From Anaeramoeba ignava BMAN (taxonomy: Eukaryota > Protista > Anaeramoebae): a DNA stretch of 64,000 bases. Every line of letters begins with the position of its first letter. The first letter of the stretch is position 1. Below the pieces are notes generated by a model. The model worked only from the letters and a program-made list of their open reading frames with translations. It did no database searches and was not told the DNA's origin. The position numbers were made by a program, and so were the translations under genes. Below are positions 11,860 through 25,531 of this stretch, piece by piece. Location: NCBI GenBank assembly GCA_028826165.1, contig JAPDFW010000064.1:1-64000 (forward strand), written 5' to 3'.

Positions 11860-13860
11860 TTTTCATTTTAAATTAAAAATTAAATATAAAAATATATTAA
11901 TTAGTTAATAAATTATTTATAAATTTAATTTTGAAAAAGAATTTATTATTAATATTAATTTATTATTATTAAATTTTTTGTTAAATTAAAAATATTTTCA
12001 TTTTAAATTAAAAATTAAATATAAAAATATATTAATTACTTAATAAATTATTTATAAATTTAATTTTAAAAAAGGATTTATTATTAATATTAATTTATTA
12101 TTATTAAATTTTATGTTAAAATTAAAATATTTTCATTTTAAATTAAAAATTAAATATAAAAATATATTAATTACTTAATAAATTATTTATAAATTTAATT
12201 TTAAAAAGAATTTATTATTATTATTAATTTATTATTATTAAATTTTTATTAAATTAAAAATATTTTCAATTTAAATTAAAAATTAAATATAAAAATATAT
12301 TAATTACTTAATAAATTATTTATAAATTTAATTTTGAAAAAGAATTTATTATTAATATTAATTTATTATTATTAAATTTTATATTAAATTTAAAATATTT
12401 TCAATTTAAATTAAAAATTAAATATAAAAATATATTAATTACTTAATAAATTATTTATAAATTTAATTTTAAAAAGAATTTATTATTAATATTAATTTAT
12501 TATTATTAAATTTTTATTAAATTAAAATATTTTCATTTTAAAATAAAAATTAAATATAAAAATATATTAATTACTTAATAAATTATTTATAAATTTAATT
12601 TTGAAAAGGATTTATTATTAATATTAATTTATTATTATTAAATTTTTATTAAATTTAAAATATTTTCAATTTAAAATAAAAATTAAACATAAAAATATAT
12701 TAATTACTTAATAAATTATTTATAAATTTAATTTTAAAAAGAATTTATTATTATTATTAATTTATTATTATTAAATTTTATGTTAAATTTAAAATATTTT
12801 CATTTTAAATTAAAAATTAAATATAAAAATATATTAATTAGTTAATAAATTATTTATAAATTTAATTTTGAAAAAGAATTTATTATTAATATTAATTTAT
12901 TATTATTAAATTTTTATTAAATTTAAAATATTTTCATTTTAAATTAAAAATTAAATATAAAAATATATTAATTACTTAATAAATTATTTATAAATTTAAT
13001 TTTTAAAAAGAATTTATTATTAATATTAATTTATTATTATTAAATTTTATGTTAAATTTAAAATATTTTCAATTTAAATAAAAATTTAATATAAAAATAT
13101 ATTAATTAGTTAATAAATTATTTATAAATTTAATTTTAAAAAGAATTTATTATTAATATTAATTTATTATTATTAAATTTTTATTAAATTTAAAATATTT
13201 TCAATTTAAATTAAAAATTAAACATAAAAATATATTAATTATTTAATAAATTATTTATAAATTTAATTTTAAAAAGAATTTATTATTAATATTAATTTAT
13301 TATTATTAAATTTTTGTTAAATTTAAAATATTTTCAATTTTAAATTAAAAATTAAAACATAAAAATATATTAATTATTTAATAAATTATTTATAAATTTA
13401 ATTTTAAAAAGAATTTATTATTAATATTAATTTATTATTATTAAATTTTATATTAAATTAAAAATATTTTCATTTTAAATTAAAAATTAAACATAAAAAA
13501 TATATTAATTAGTTAATAAATTATTTATAAATTTAATTTTTAAAAAAGAATTTATTATTAATATTAATTTATTATTATTAAATTTTATATTAAATTTAAA
13601 ATATTTTCAATTTAAAATAAAAATTAAATATAAAAATATATTAATTATTTAATAAATTATTTATAAATTTAATTTTGGAAAAAGAATTTATTATTAATAT
13701 TAATTTATTATTATTAAATTTTTATTAAATTAAAAATATTTTCATTTTTAAATTAAAAATTTAATATAAAAATATATTAATTATTTAATAAATTATTTAT
13801 AAATTTAATTTTAAAAAAGAATTTATTATTAATATTAATTTATTATTATTAAATTTATTA
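11860..13860. repeat. Tandem minisatellite, ~134-bp unit, ~15 copies, almost pure AT
   Basis: Unit start TTTTCA(T/A)TTTAAA recurs near 11860, 11995, 12130, 12263, 12398, 12530, 12663, 12797, 12931, 13066, 13198, 13331, 13467, 13603 and 13739. Confidence 0.95.
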
Positions 13861-14295
13861 AATTTTTTTTTTAAATTTTTTTTTTTCATTTTTTTTTTTT
13901 TTTCATTTTTTTATTTTCAAATTAATCAAGAAAAGAAAAGAAAAGAAAAAATTTTTTTTTTTTGATTTATTTTTATTATTCTTTTAATTTTTTTTTTTAA
14001 TTATTAAAAAATATTGGATTTAATTGAAAATTTTTTTTTTTTTAATAATTGTTTTGGTAAGTAAAATCAAAAAACAAAAAAAAAAAAGCAAAAAATAAAT
14101 AATAAAAATAAATAACAATTAAAAATAAATTTCAATTAACCATTTACGTTATTTTAATTAATAAAATCTAAATAAAAACCAAAATAAAAATAAAAATATA
14201 TTGTTATTCTAAATAAAATCAAAATTAATAAATAAAAATAAAAATAAAAATAAAAATTTAAAATAAAATAAAAAAGAGCAAAAAAATCCAAAAAA

Positions 14296-16929
14296 ATGGG
14301 GGCAAAATTAGTAAAAATTCAAAAAGCAATTGATCAAGAAGATTCTATAGTATTAAAAAAATTAATCACACCCAAAACAATAAATGCAACAGATGGGGAG
14401 CATGAGAGTCCACTTGTGTATTCTATAAGACAAAAAAAATATGTAGTAGTTAATTTTCTGTTAGATTTTCCAGGAATAAATATCAATATGATTGACAAAC
14501 ACACAAATTTTTCAGCACTTCAACATGCAGTCTTAGGAAAAGACACAGAAGCAATGGATATTCTTTTGAAGAAGGGAGCAGATCCCAATGTGCAGGATTC
14601 AAATGGAAGAACTCCACTTATTTTTGCTTGTGTTGGTGGAAATGAGGAAGCTTGCAATATGCTTATTAATGCTAAAGCAGATTTGAATTTAAAAGACAAG
14701 GAAGGCAAGGCTCCAATTCATGCTGCAGTTGTTAGCAGCGCAAGAAACATTAATGTTGTTAAATTGTTGTTGGAAAATGGAGCAAAAATTGAGGAAAAAG
14801 ATGTTAAAGGAAGAACTCCTTTACATCTTGCTGTTTTTTTATCTAATTTTCAAGTTGTCAAATTGCTTTTAGATAAAGGAGCTGTTTTTAATTATAAAGA
14901 TTATACTTTGATTCATGTTGTTTGTTTGGGTGGTAAATTAATAAAAGATTGGGTTACTTTAGAATTTAATAGAAAACCAAAAGATGAAGAAAAACCGAAA
15001 GAGAATGAAAAAGAGAATGAAAAAGAGAATGAAAAAGAGAATGAAAAAGAGAATGAAAAAGAGAATGAAAAGAAAGATGAAAAAGAAAAAGAGAAGAAAG
15101 ATGAAAAAGAAAAAGAAAAGAAAGATGAAAAAAAAAAATCAAAATCAAAATCAAAGTCAAAATCAAAGTCAAAATCAAAATCAAAATCAAAATCAAAATC
15201 AAAATCAAAATCAAAATCAAAATCAAAATCAAGTGATTCAGATTCATCAGATAAAGAAAAGAAAAAGAAGAAAAAGAAAGATGAAAAAAAAGATGAAAAG
15301 AAAGATGAAAAGAAAGATGAAAAGAAAGATGAAAAGAAAGATGAAAAAAAAGTTGAAAAGAAAGATGAAAAGAAAGATGAAAAGAAAGTTGAAAAGAAAG
15401 TTTCAATCCATCAAGAAAAAATGGAAATTTTGGATCTTCTTTTCCAAAAGGGAATACCAATTGATACATTTGATCAAAATGGAGAAATGCCAATTCACAT
15501 TGCATGCAGTTCAGGAATGTTAGAAATTGTTGAATGGCTTGTTTCTCACAAAATTGATGTAAACGCACTTGATCAACAAAAAGTATCCCCAATTCATAAT
15601 GCTTGTTTATATGGACATCTTGATATTGTTAAATATCTTTTGGCAAATGGTGCTAAACCTGAACTTGAAGATCCAAAACATGGAACTGCACTTGAAACTA
15701 CACTTAGATCACAAAAACATTTTGAAAACAAATGGAAATATTCAAATCAATTATTCGAACAAATTGCTGAAATTATTAGTCAGAAAACTAAGGAAGATAT
15801 TCAAGATTTACGCAAAAAAATTCTTCAACCAAAATTTGATATTAAAGAAAATAGTTCAATTGAATTCCAAAAGAAAATGAAATTGAAAAGAGAAGAATCT
15901 CTTAAAAAAAGAAAAGAAAGAGAGAAGAAAAAAAAACAAGGAAGAAAAAAACTTTCTAAAATTGAAAAACAAAAAAAGAAAGAAAACCAAAAAAAGAAAG
16001 AATTAGAAGCAAAAAAAGCAAAAGAATCTCAAGAGCAAGATGAAAAACCAAAAGATGAAAAACCAAAAGATGAAAAACCAAAAGATGAAAAGCCAAAAGA
16101 TGATAAAAAGAAAGATGATAAAAAGAAAGATGAAAAACCAAAAGATGAAAAGCCAAAAGATGATAAAAAGAAAGATGAAAAGCCAAAAGTTGATAAACCA
16201 AAAGTTGAAAAACCAAAAGATGAAAAACCAAAAGTTGAAAAACCAAAAGATGAAACAAAGAAAGATGAAAAACCAAAAGTTGAAAAACCAAAAGATGAAA
16301 AACCAAAAGATGAAAAACCAAAAGATGAAAAACCAAAAGTTGAAAAACCAAAAGTTGAAAAACCAAAAGTTGAAACAAAGAAAGATGAAAAACCAAAAGA
16401 TGATAAAAAGAAAGATGAAAAACCAAAAGTTGAAAAACCAAAAGATGAAAAACCAAAAGTTGAAAAACCAAAAGTTGAAACAAAGAAAGATGAAAAACCA
16501 AAAGTTGAAAAACCAAAAGATGAAAAACCAAAAGTTGAAACTCCAAAAGTTGAAAAACCAAAAGTTGAAAAACCAAAAGTTGAAAAACCAAAAGTTGAAA
16601 CAAAGAAAGATGAAAAACCAAAAGTTGAAAAACCAAAAGATGAAAAACCAAAAGTTGAAAACAAAAAGATGAAAAGATGAAAAGTTGAAAAAAGATGAAA
16701 AACCAAAAGATGAAAAACCAAAAGTTGAAACTCCAAAAGTTGAAACTCCAAAAGTTGAAACTCCAAAAGTTGAAAACCAAAAGTTGAAACAAAGAAAGAT
16801 GAAAAAAAGAAAGATGAAAAAAAGAAAGATGAAAAAAAGAAAAAAGAAAAAAAGAAAAAACATCATAATTCAGATTCAACTTCAACTTCAACTTCAACAA
16901 GTACATCAAGTTTTTCTGATACTGATTAA
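14296..16929 (+). CDS. Ankyrin-repeat protein with charged inserts and a long KDEKP/KVEKP repeat tail
   Basis: Multiple GRTPL/TPLH-type ankyrin repeats, split by EKEN/KS/KKDE tracts. Frameshifts in the repeat tail (~16660-16790). Likely true stop ..SSFSDTD* at 16927-16929. Confidence 0.88.
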
Positions 16930-17262
16930 TCAATCATTAAAAACAAATCAAATAATTTGATTTTGGTGTTACCTTTTCTTTTTCTTCTTTCTTTTTCATT
17001 TGAAGTTTTTTTTTTTTTTTGAAATTTTTTTTTCTCAACATTTTCATTTTAAGAAAAAGGATAATTAATTAAAAATTGATTGGAAAACAAAAAATAAAAA
17101 ATATTTTTCTTTTCTTTTATTTTATTTAAAATAAAAAAGTGGAATAAAAAGTGGAATAAAATTTATTTTTTTTTTGATTTATTTTTTATTGATTTATTCA
17201 AAAAAGAAAATTGTTTTTAAAACAGAAATGAAATGAAAAAAAAAGAGAATTTGAAATTTAAA

Positions 17263-18197
17263 TTAATTTCCACCTCTTAACCTTAAAACTAAATGAATTG
17301 TTGAATCTTTTTGAACTGAATAATCATTTAATGTTCTTGAATCTTCTAATTGTTTTCCTGCAAAAATTAATCTTTGTTGTTCAGATGAAATTCCTTCTTT
17401 TTCTTGAATTTTTGATTTAATATTCTCAATAGAATCATTTGGATCAACATCAAGTGTAATTGTTCTTCCAGTTAATGTTTTAACAAATATTTGAAAATTT
17501 CCACCTCTTAATCTTAAAACTAAATGAATTGTTGAATCTTTTTGAACTGAATAATCATTTAATGTTCTTGAATCTTCTAATTGTTTTCCTGCAAATATTA
17601 ATCTTTGTTGTTCAGGTGAAATTCCTTCCTTTTCTTGAATTTTTGATTTAATATTCTCAATAGAATCATTTGAATCAACATCAAGTGTAATTGTTCTTCC
17701 AGTTAATGTTTTAACAAATATTTGGAAATTTCCACCTCTTAATCTTAAAACTAAATGAATTGTTGAATCTTTTTGAATTGAATAATCATTTAAAGTTCTT
17801 GAATCTTCTAATTGTTTTCCAGCAAATATTAATCTTTGTTGTTCAGATGAAATTCCTTCTTTTTCTTGAATTTTTGATTTAATATTTTCAATAGAATCAT
17901 TTGGATCAACATCAAGAGTAATTGTTCTTCCAGCTAATGTTTTAACAAATATTTGAAAATTTCCAATTTTAATCTTAAAACTAAATGAATTTTTGATTTT
18001 TTTAAATTGAAAAATCATTTAAAAAGATAAAATGTTTTAATAAAATTTGTTTTCCACCTCTTAAAAAAAAAACTTTTGTTGAATGAAATTTAATGTTCTA
18101 TTTTTTTTTTGAACCTTTGTTGTTTTTTTTTTTTAATATTATATTTTCAATAGAATCAAATTCCAGTTAATGTTTTAACAAATATTTGAAAATTCAT
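17263..18197 (-). CDS. Divergent polyubiquitin-like gene: three intact 77-aa units, with a scrambled 5' unit
   Basis: Three [15 protein letters not shown] units ending RGGN*. ATG AAT TTT CAA at 18197 and the same 5' and 3' flanks as the copies at 41299, 45425 and 52297. 17960-18170 is degraded. Confidence 0.85.
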
Positions 18198-18199
18198 AA

Positions 18200-18640
18200 T
18201 TAATTTTTGGTTTTTGATTTTTAAAAATAAAAAGATAAAAAGATAAAAAGATAAAAAGATAAAAAGAATGAAAATAATCTATTTTTCAATTTTTAATTTT
18301 TCTTTTATATTATTTTTAATTGATTAAATATTTAAATTTATTTTATTAAAAATTGAGATTAACAAATATTTTTCTTTTTGTTTAACTTTTTATTTTTATT
18401 TTATTAATTAAATAATTCGATTTTTATTTTTTATTTTCCCTAATTCCTGTAACAAATTAAATTAATTTTAAATTATCAATTATTTTTATTTTAATTTCCA
18501 TTTTCTTTTCTTTCCTTCTTTTATTTTTTCTTTTTATTTTCAAAACAAAAACAAAATTCCAATTTTTATTTATTTAAATATAAAAATAATAAATAATATT
18601 TTAATAATTATTTACTTTTTATTTTTATTTATTAATTTAA
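18200..18640. promoter_or_regulatory. Inverted partial copy of the Ub / GTPase-RING shared intergenic region
   Basis: Reverse complement of ~44985-45424 (e.g. TTTTCCCTAATTCC, AAAGATAAAAAGAT, TTGAGATTAACAAATA). Confidence 0.75.
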
Positions 18641-19680
18641 TTTAAATCAAATTAAATATTAATCAAAATAAAATCAATAAATATTAATCAAATTAAATTA
18701 AATAAATATTAATCAAATTAAATCAAATAAATATTAATCAAATTAAATTAAATAAATATTAATTAAATAAATAAACCCCAATAAATATTAATCAAATTAA
18801 AAAATAAATAAATATTAATCAAATTAAATTAAATAAATATTAATCAAATTTAAACTAAATAAATATTAATCAAATCAAATCAAATAAATATTAATCAAAT
18901 TAAAATAAATAAATATTAATCAAATTAAATTAAATAAATATTAATCAAATTAAATCAATAAAAATAAATCAAAAATCAAATTAATCAAAATCAAATTCAA
19001 ATAAATATTAATCAAATTAAATTAAAATAAATATTAATCAAAATTAAGAAATCAAATAAATTAATCAAATTAAATCAATAAATATAGGTTAAATAAATCA
19101 AATCAAATCAAATAAATAAATAAATTAAATAAAATAAATAAATAAATCAAATTAATAAAATTAAAATCAAATAAATAAATATTAATCAAATTAAATCAAA
19201 TAAATAATTAATAAAATTAAATCAAAATAAATATTAATCAAATAAAATAAAATAAATTAATATCAAATATCAAAATCAAATTAAATTAAATAAATATTAA
19301 TCAAATTAAATTAAACTAAAGATTAATCAAATTAAATCAAATAAATATTAATCAAATTAAATTAAATAAATATTAATCAAATTAAATTAAATAAATATTA
19401 ATCAAATTAAATTAAATAAAAAATAAATATTAATCAAATTAAATTAAATAAATATTAATCAAATTAAAATAAATAAATATTAATCAAATTAAATTAAATA
19501 AAATTAATCAAAATTAAATAAATAAAATTAAATTAAAATATTAAATCAAATTAAATTAAATCAAATAAAAATCAAATAAATTAAATCAAATAAATAAAAA
19601 TCAAAATCAAATTAATCAAATAAATCAAATAAATCAAATTAAATTAAATAAATATTAATCAAATTAAATTAAATTAATAA
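18640..19680. repeat. (AAATAAATATTAATCAAATT)n-like satellite
   Basis: Visible ~1 kb array where the 5' half of the GTPase-RING gene would lie. Confidence 0.85.
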
Positions 19681-19683
19681 TAT

Positions 19684-20640
19684 TTTGATATTGGAAGAAC
19701 CAAGTTCAATAGAAATATTTCAAAAAGAAATGAAAAAGATTAAAAGAATTAATCAAGTTATTAAAAATAAAATCAAAAAGAAATTAGGAATTTTTTTATA
19801 ATCAATTTATTTGGATAATTTTATTTGAACTTGTTGTTAAAAATTCAAAAAAATATTAGAATGAGTTCAATTCTTTCAAAATGTTTACTTTATTATTCAG
19901 AAGAAGCTTTATATTCTTTTCATTTTTTTTTTGAAATTATAATGAAAGAAATGGAATTAGAAGATTATCTTTTATCAGAAAAAAATGCAATAAAACATCT
20001 TTCAGTAACATTTGAAGTTCAAAAAATTGAAAATTTAATTAAAATAAATATGAATACAAAATATTAGATTATCAAAATAAAAGAATGGAATTTTTTGATA
20101 AATTATATCCTCAATTATTAAATCAACAAATTTATCAATCAATTCAATCTAATTTTAGAAACTTAAGTGAAGAAAATTCACAACAAGAAGAGAAATATTC
20201 CAATATTAATTTTACTTTTTTTGAAAACAAAATTTTTTATGAGAAGATTAAAAAATATTTTCACACAAAATGAACCAATTTCATTGAAAACAAATTTAGA
20301 AGAAACTCAAGCTAAGAAAATATTTTCAGAAACAATTCTAAAATTTCAAGAATTTATTGAAAAATCAAATAATCTTCAAAATTCATTACAACAAATTTAT
20401 TTACAATATGTAGTTCTTAATAAAGAAATAAATGCAAATCATAATTTAGGTTCTTATATTCCAAATGATACTTGTTTAATTTGTTTTCATCCAATTCAAG
20501 AAAAACAATTAAAATGTGGACATTTTATTTGTGAAAAATATGATAAAATTTTTCGAAATTTATTTGATTTAATTAAATCAAATTTAAATAATGAAACAAT
20601 ACAAAATTCAATTAAATTTTGTTATTATTGAAAAGATAAA
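19684..20640 (+). pseudogene. 3' remnant of the GTPase-RING gene (no GTPase domain, degenerate RING)
   Basis: Fragments match the 49411-51396 protein (EEP.SIEIFQKE, MSSILSK, MEFFDKLYPQLLNQQ, CLICFHPIQEKQLKCGHFIC). Several frameshifts; RING Cys residues lost. Confidence 0.85.
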
Positions 20641-20731
20641 GTTTAAAATTTCAAAAAAAAAAAAAAAGATTTAAAGAAATTAATTTTTTTTTTTCATTTT
20701 TTTCTTTTTCATTTTTTTTTTTTTCAATAAA

Positions 20732-23700
20732 ATGAATAAACAATTACAAGAAAAAATAACAACATGGATTTCAACACAAATTGGAGAAACAGTAGATTTT
20801 GAAATTCAAAAAAGAAATCAATTAACAATTCAATTATGTCATCTTTTTAATAAACTTCAACCAAATAGTATTCAAATTGAAGTGTAAAAAATAAATTAAA
20901 AAATTTCTTAAATAAAATTAAATTAAAATTTTTTCTCTTTTCATTTTAGAAATAATCCTCAAAAAAATTGGGATACATTTACAAAATCTTGTTTAAAATA
21001 TGGAGTTCAAAAAGAATACATTTTGACATATAATGATTTTATTGATAAAAGATTTACATCAGCTCTTCTTATACTTGTTTATCAATTAGGTGTTATTGCA
21101 AGAACTAAAACATCTTCAATTCAATCAAAAAGACATTCAAAAACATTTTCTTCACAAGATTTTGATAATTCAATGATTCCTGATAAAAATGATATTGATT
21201 TAAACAAAACAGATCAAAATCCTTTTCAAACTCCCAAAAAAAAAACTATTCAAGAAATTATTAATGATGAAAAACTTGAATCTTATTCAAAAATCAAAAG
21301 CCCAATTTTAATTAAAAAACAAAATTTACAAGAAGAATCTTTTATTTATTCTCAAAAAACATTAAATATAAATGAATGGAAGAATAATGATGATGAATTG
21401 GATAATATTTTATTTCTAAAGAAAAATATCAACGGAAATGAAACAGAAACTGAAAACAGTCATTATTCATTTTCCCATCATTTAATAAACTATTATTCAA
21501 CTCAAAAAATTTCAACAGAAATCCAAAAAAATATTATTCAAAAATTTTTTATACTTGGAAAAGCTCGTTTCAATTTTAAATATATTGAAAACAAAACATC
21601 AGCACCAAAACTAGGAGTTATTGAATTAACAACAGAAAAGTTCACAATAAACATTTTAGGCACAGGTGTAATTGCAATATCACCTTATTTTCTTTCTCCT
21701 GAAGTTTATTTATCAGTTGAAAAAGATGATGAGCATTCGTTGTCAATTTGTTTTAATGAAGAAAAGAAAATCAAAATGAAATTTGATACCAAAAATGAAG
21801 CCTATATTTTTTCAAAAACATTTTTAATGTTTCAATGGTATAAAGGAATATTTATTGAAGAATTCCCGATAAATGGAAATATAATTGGAAAAGAATTTGA
21901 AATTGAATGTGTTGCATTAAGAACATTGATGAATAAAACAGCATCTTTCCAAATTGAAATTGAAAATCAAGACAGAAATGAATGTGGATATTGTGTGCTA
22001 AAATTGGAATTGAATCAACTAAATTTAATAACTAATTCAGGAATCATTTCTCTTTTATATCAAGCTAACATTCTTTCATTCCAAAGATTAACAAATCCCA
22101 AAAAAATGATTGTATTGAAAATTTTATACAAAGAATTTGAATATTTTATCAAACTCATTTGCAAAACAGATTTAAAGCAAGAACTAATCTTTAGAACACT
22201 TCAAATATTTCACAGAAACTCAAAAAGAAATCAAATTCCAAAAAATGAAAAAAGTATCAATTTAGATTTTATTGAACCAAATTTTGGGAATTATTACCCT
22301 AAAAACGAAGAAACAAATATTCAAGAAGAATATTTCAAAAATGATTTCCCATTTGAAAACTTGGTTTTTGCTTCATTCAATAATGATGGAACAACAGAAA
22401 CTTTTCAACAACAAAATTTACCTGATCTTATCAACACAAATATTCTCAAATCAAATTTCATTTCATTTTCAGAATCAATTCCCAAAGTTTCTAAAATTGA
22501 AGAATATTTACAAAATGGAAAAACTGATAACTTCCCAATTCTTCTTTTGGATTCAGGAATTTATTCAAACGGAACATTAACTTTTACTCAAGAAAGAATT
22601 CGTATATTTCTAACTTCAGGAAAATTATTAATGGAAAATGAATTTTCATCAATTCAAAGAATTATTTTGAATCCATTTAAACCCAAATTCTTTTCACTTC
22701 AAATTGATCAATTTTCCAATTTTATTATCAAAGTTAAATCAGAAGAATTACGAAACATTATCATTTATTCTTTCCTTCTTTTCCAAAAAAATTACTTAGA
22801 TTTAAAAACTAGCAAAATATTCCAAACAAATGATCAAAATATTAATTTATTTAAAATGGAAATGTTTCAAGATCCTAACATAAAACAATTTTTTTTACAG
22901 AACAAAACAAGAACCATATTATACAAAAACCAAAATATCAGAATAGTAAATGAACAACATAAACCAAATAAATACAAAGCCTTTTTATATAATGGATTTT
23001 ATGATTTATCTGGTGATATCACAATATCTCTTTACAGAAACCATTTTTCCTTAAATTTCCAAAATAATGTAATCAAGAAAAGATATTCAATTTATACAAA
23101 ATTACTTGAATTTTATAAAGGAATTCATGTTGTGTTTTGCAGAATAATGATTGATGAAGAAAACTTTATCAACATTTCATTCCCAAATTGCGAAATGTTC
23201 CAAATTTTCACAAGAGATTTTTATTCAAAAAGAAAAGATTATTTTAAATCACTTCAAGATAATTTCCAACCACGAAAATTAATTTTTGATTGTAAAATTA
23301 ACATCAAAGAAAATCAAAAAATCAATGGAAATATCATTTTGGCATTTGATTCATTCACTATCAAAAGTTCAGAATACAAACAATCAATATTTGAAAAAAT
23401 AAGAGGAAGTGTAACAAATGAATCTGAATATGGAGCGTTTAACGAATTATTAACATTGGAATATTCTCCAATGATCACGCTCAAAAAACCAAAAATCGAT
23501 AATTCCATTCATATTAATCTTGGAATAGAAAATGCATTTATTTCATTAGTATTTCCTTCTATTGATGAAGAAACAAAATTTATTCATAAATTTGAATCAT
23601 ACACTCAATATTATAATTCTCTTATTCAAAATTTAGAATCATTATATCCAATAAATACTATTAAATCTGAACCAAAAATGGTATATGCCAAAATTATAAT

Positions 23701-24244
23701 CAATGATTCATATATTGGTAAATGCCAAATTATGAAAGAATCCAATGATTCAAATTTATTAGCTTTCATTCAGAAAGATTTAACGAAATTTGTGTTTAAT
23801 GTTGAAAATTATCAACTTTATTTCAATAACAAATATCCAAATGAATGCAAACTTGAAACACTTAAAAATGAAATTAGTTTAACATTTTCAGATTTAAGGA
23901 AATTACAAAATTTCAAAAATTTATTACCTAAAATTACAGAAAATAATCAAGAAGAAAATATAAAACAATTTAATGGAATATTTTATTTGATACAAAGTCA
24001 AAATTTTTTAGAAGGATATATTAAAATTTTCCAAGAAAATCAAAGAATTATTATTGCATCAGGAGAAGAAAAGATTCAAAGTGAATCAATTCAAAAAACA
24101 AATATTTTTTCACATTTAACAAAACCAAAAATGATTAGAATTCAATTATCAAATGGAAATGAATTTCTTTTTTCATTTTATCACACTTTAGATAAGAATA
24201 ATTTTATTGAATTATTTCAACAAATCAAAGATGAAAATGAAAAT

Positions 24245-24285
<41 letters not shown>

Positions 24286-25482
24286 TCAAAACGAAAATCA
24301 AAATCAACCTATAAAAAATTTAGAACCAATTAGAATTGAAGAAGAAAAAGATTTATCAGTTGAAGAAACAAAACCTAAAAAACAAAGAGAATTCCGAGAA
24401 TTTCTTAATACACTTGAAAATGATATCAATAATATTACATTGGAAACAATGGAATATCAAATTATTATTTTCGATAATTCAAAAATTAGAAATGAAGGAA
24501 AAGTTGTTTTAGAAGAAGATTGTTTTATAATTGAATCTCAAAAATTGAACAAAAGATTATCTTATTTGAAAAGTAGTCTTTTTATTCATCCGAAAAATAA
24601 TGTTTTATGTAAATTTAAAATTGAAGAAGATGAAGATGAATTAAAACAAAAACAAGGAAAAGAAATTGATCTAATAGAAAATGAACCACAAACAACAGAA
24701 TTATACTTCCAATTTCTAACTTCAAATCTTGCAAAAATTTTTATAGATAAATTTAAAACTCAAAAAGAAAAGGAAATATTCCATTCAAAAAATCAAGAAG
24801 AATTAAAAAAACAACAAGAAGAACAAGAATGCAAAAAAGATACCAATATTTTTTATATTCAACTTGTTGATGAAACATTAAAACCTAAAGGAAATGGATT
24901 GTTGAAATTTACAAGAAATTGTGCAGATTTACATCTTAAAACAAATGTAGGGAAAATTAATTTAAATCAAGTAAATCATCTGTTTATTCATCCACAAAAT
25001 GATAGACTTGCAAAAATTAATATTGAAGAAGATTTAAATATTATAATTTTTCAGAAGCAAAACAAAGAAATGATTTTGAAAAATTATTTCAAAAATTTCA
25101 AGCTAGAAATCCATTTATAGAAGATGAAGATGAAAATTTGAAAAAAAATAAAATTGAAAATGAAAATAAAATATTTTCAGTTAAATTTATTAAAGGAAAT
25201 CAAGAAAATATTTCTGGAAAACAAGGTACAATTACACTTGAAAATGAAAAATGTATTATAAAAATTGGAACAGATAAAGATTTGGAATTTAAATTAAATT
25301 CTGATTCGCAATTTCTTTATAGTGAACAAAAATCAAAAGTTGGTAAAATTATTTTTGATTCTTTACATTCATTTCAATTTGAATTTATTGATACAAAAAA
25401 AAGAATTGAATTTTCAAAATTTTTTCGAGAAAGTTTACCAAAAAAAATGAGATTAAGAAGTGCTGAAAAAAATCATTTTTAA
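20732..25482 (+). CDS. Large protein with an N-terminal calponin-homology domain and multiple PH-like repeats (exon 20732-~20883, then from ~20950; apparent frameshift ~25100)
   Basis: MNKQLQEKITTWI..LCHLFNKLQPNSI..FTKSCLKYGV..NDF is CH-like. Recurring ~90-100 aa units 'G.i.L....i.I.......(i)HP......I......F.F......F...F'. Confidence 0.7.
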
Positions 25483-25531
25483 ATATGTTATTTTTAAAAA
25501 AAAATAATAAAATCAATTTAAATTAAATTTT

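Noticed and set aside
11860-13860. CRISPR-like array
   Set aside because: Whole units repeat with no unique spacers, no cas genes, eukaryotic context.
14966-16933. Long antisense and alternate-frame ORFs (poly FQLLV, FFNFW, MKNQK)
   Set aside because: Shadows of the KDEKP repeat coding sequence.
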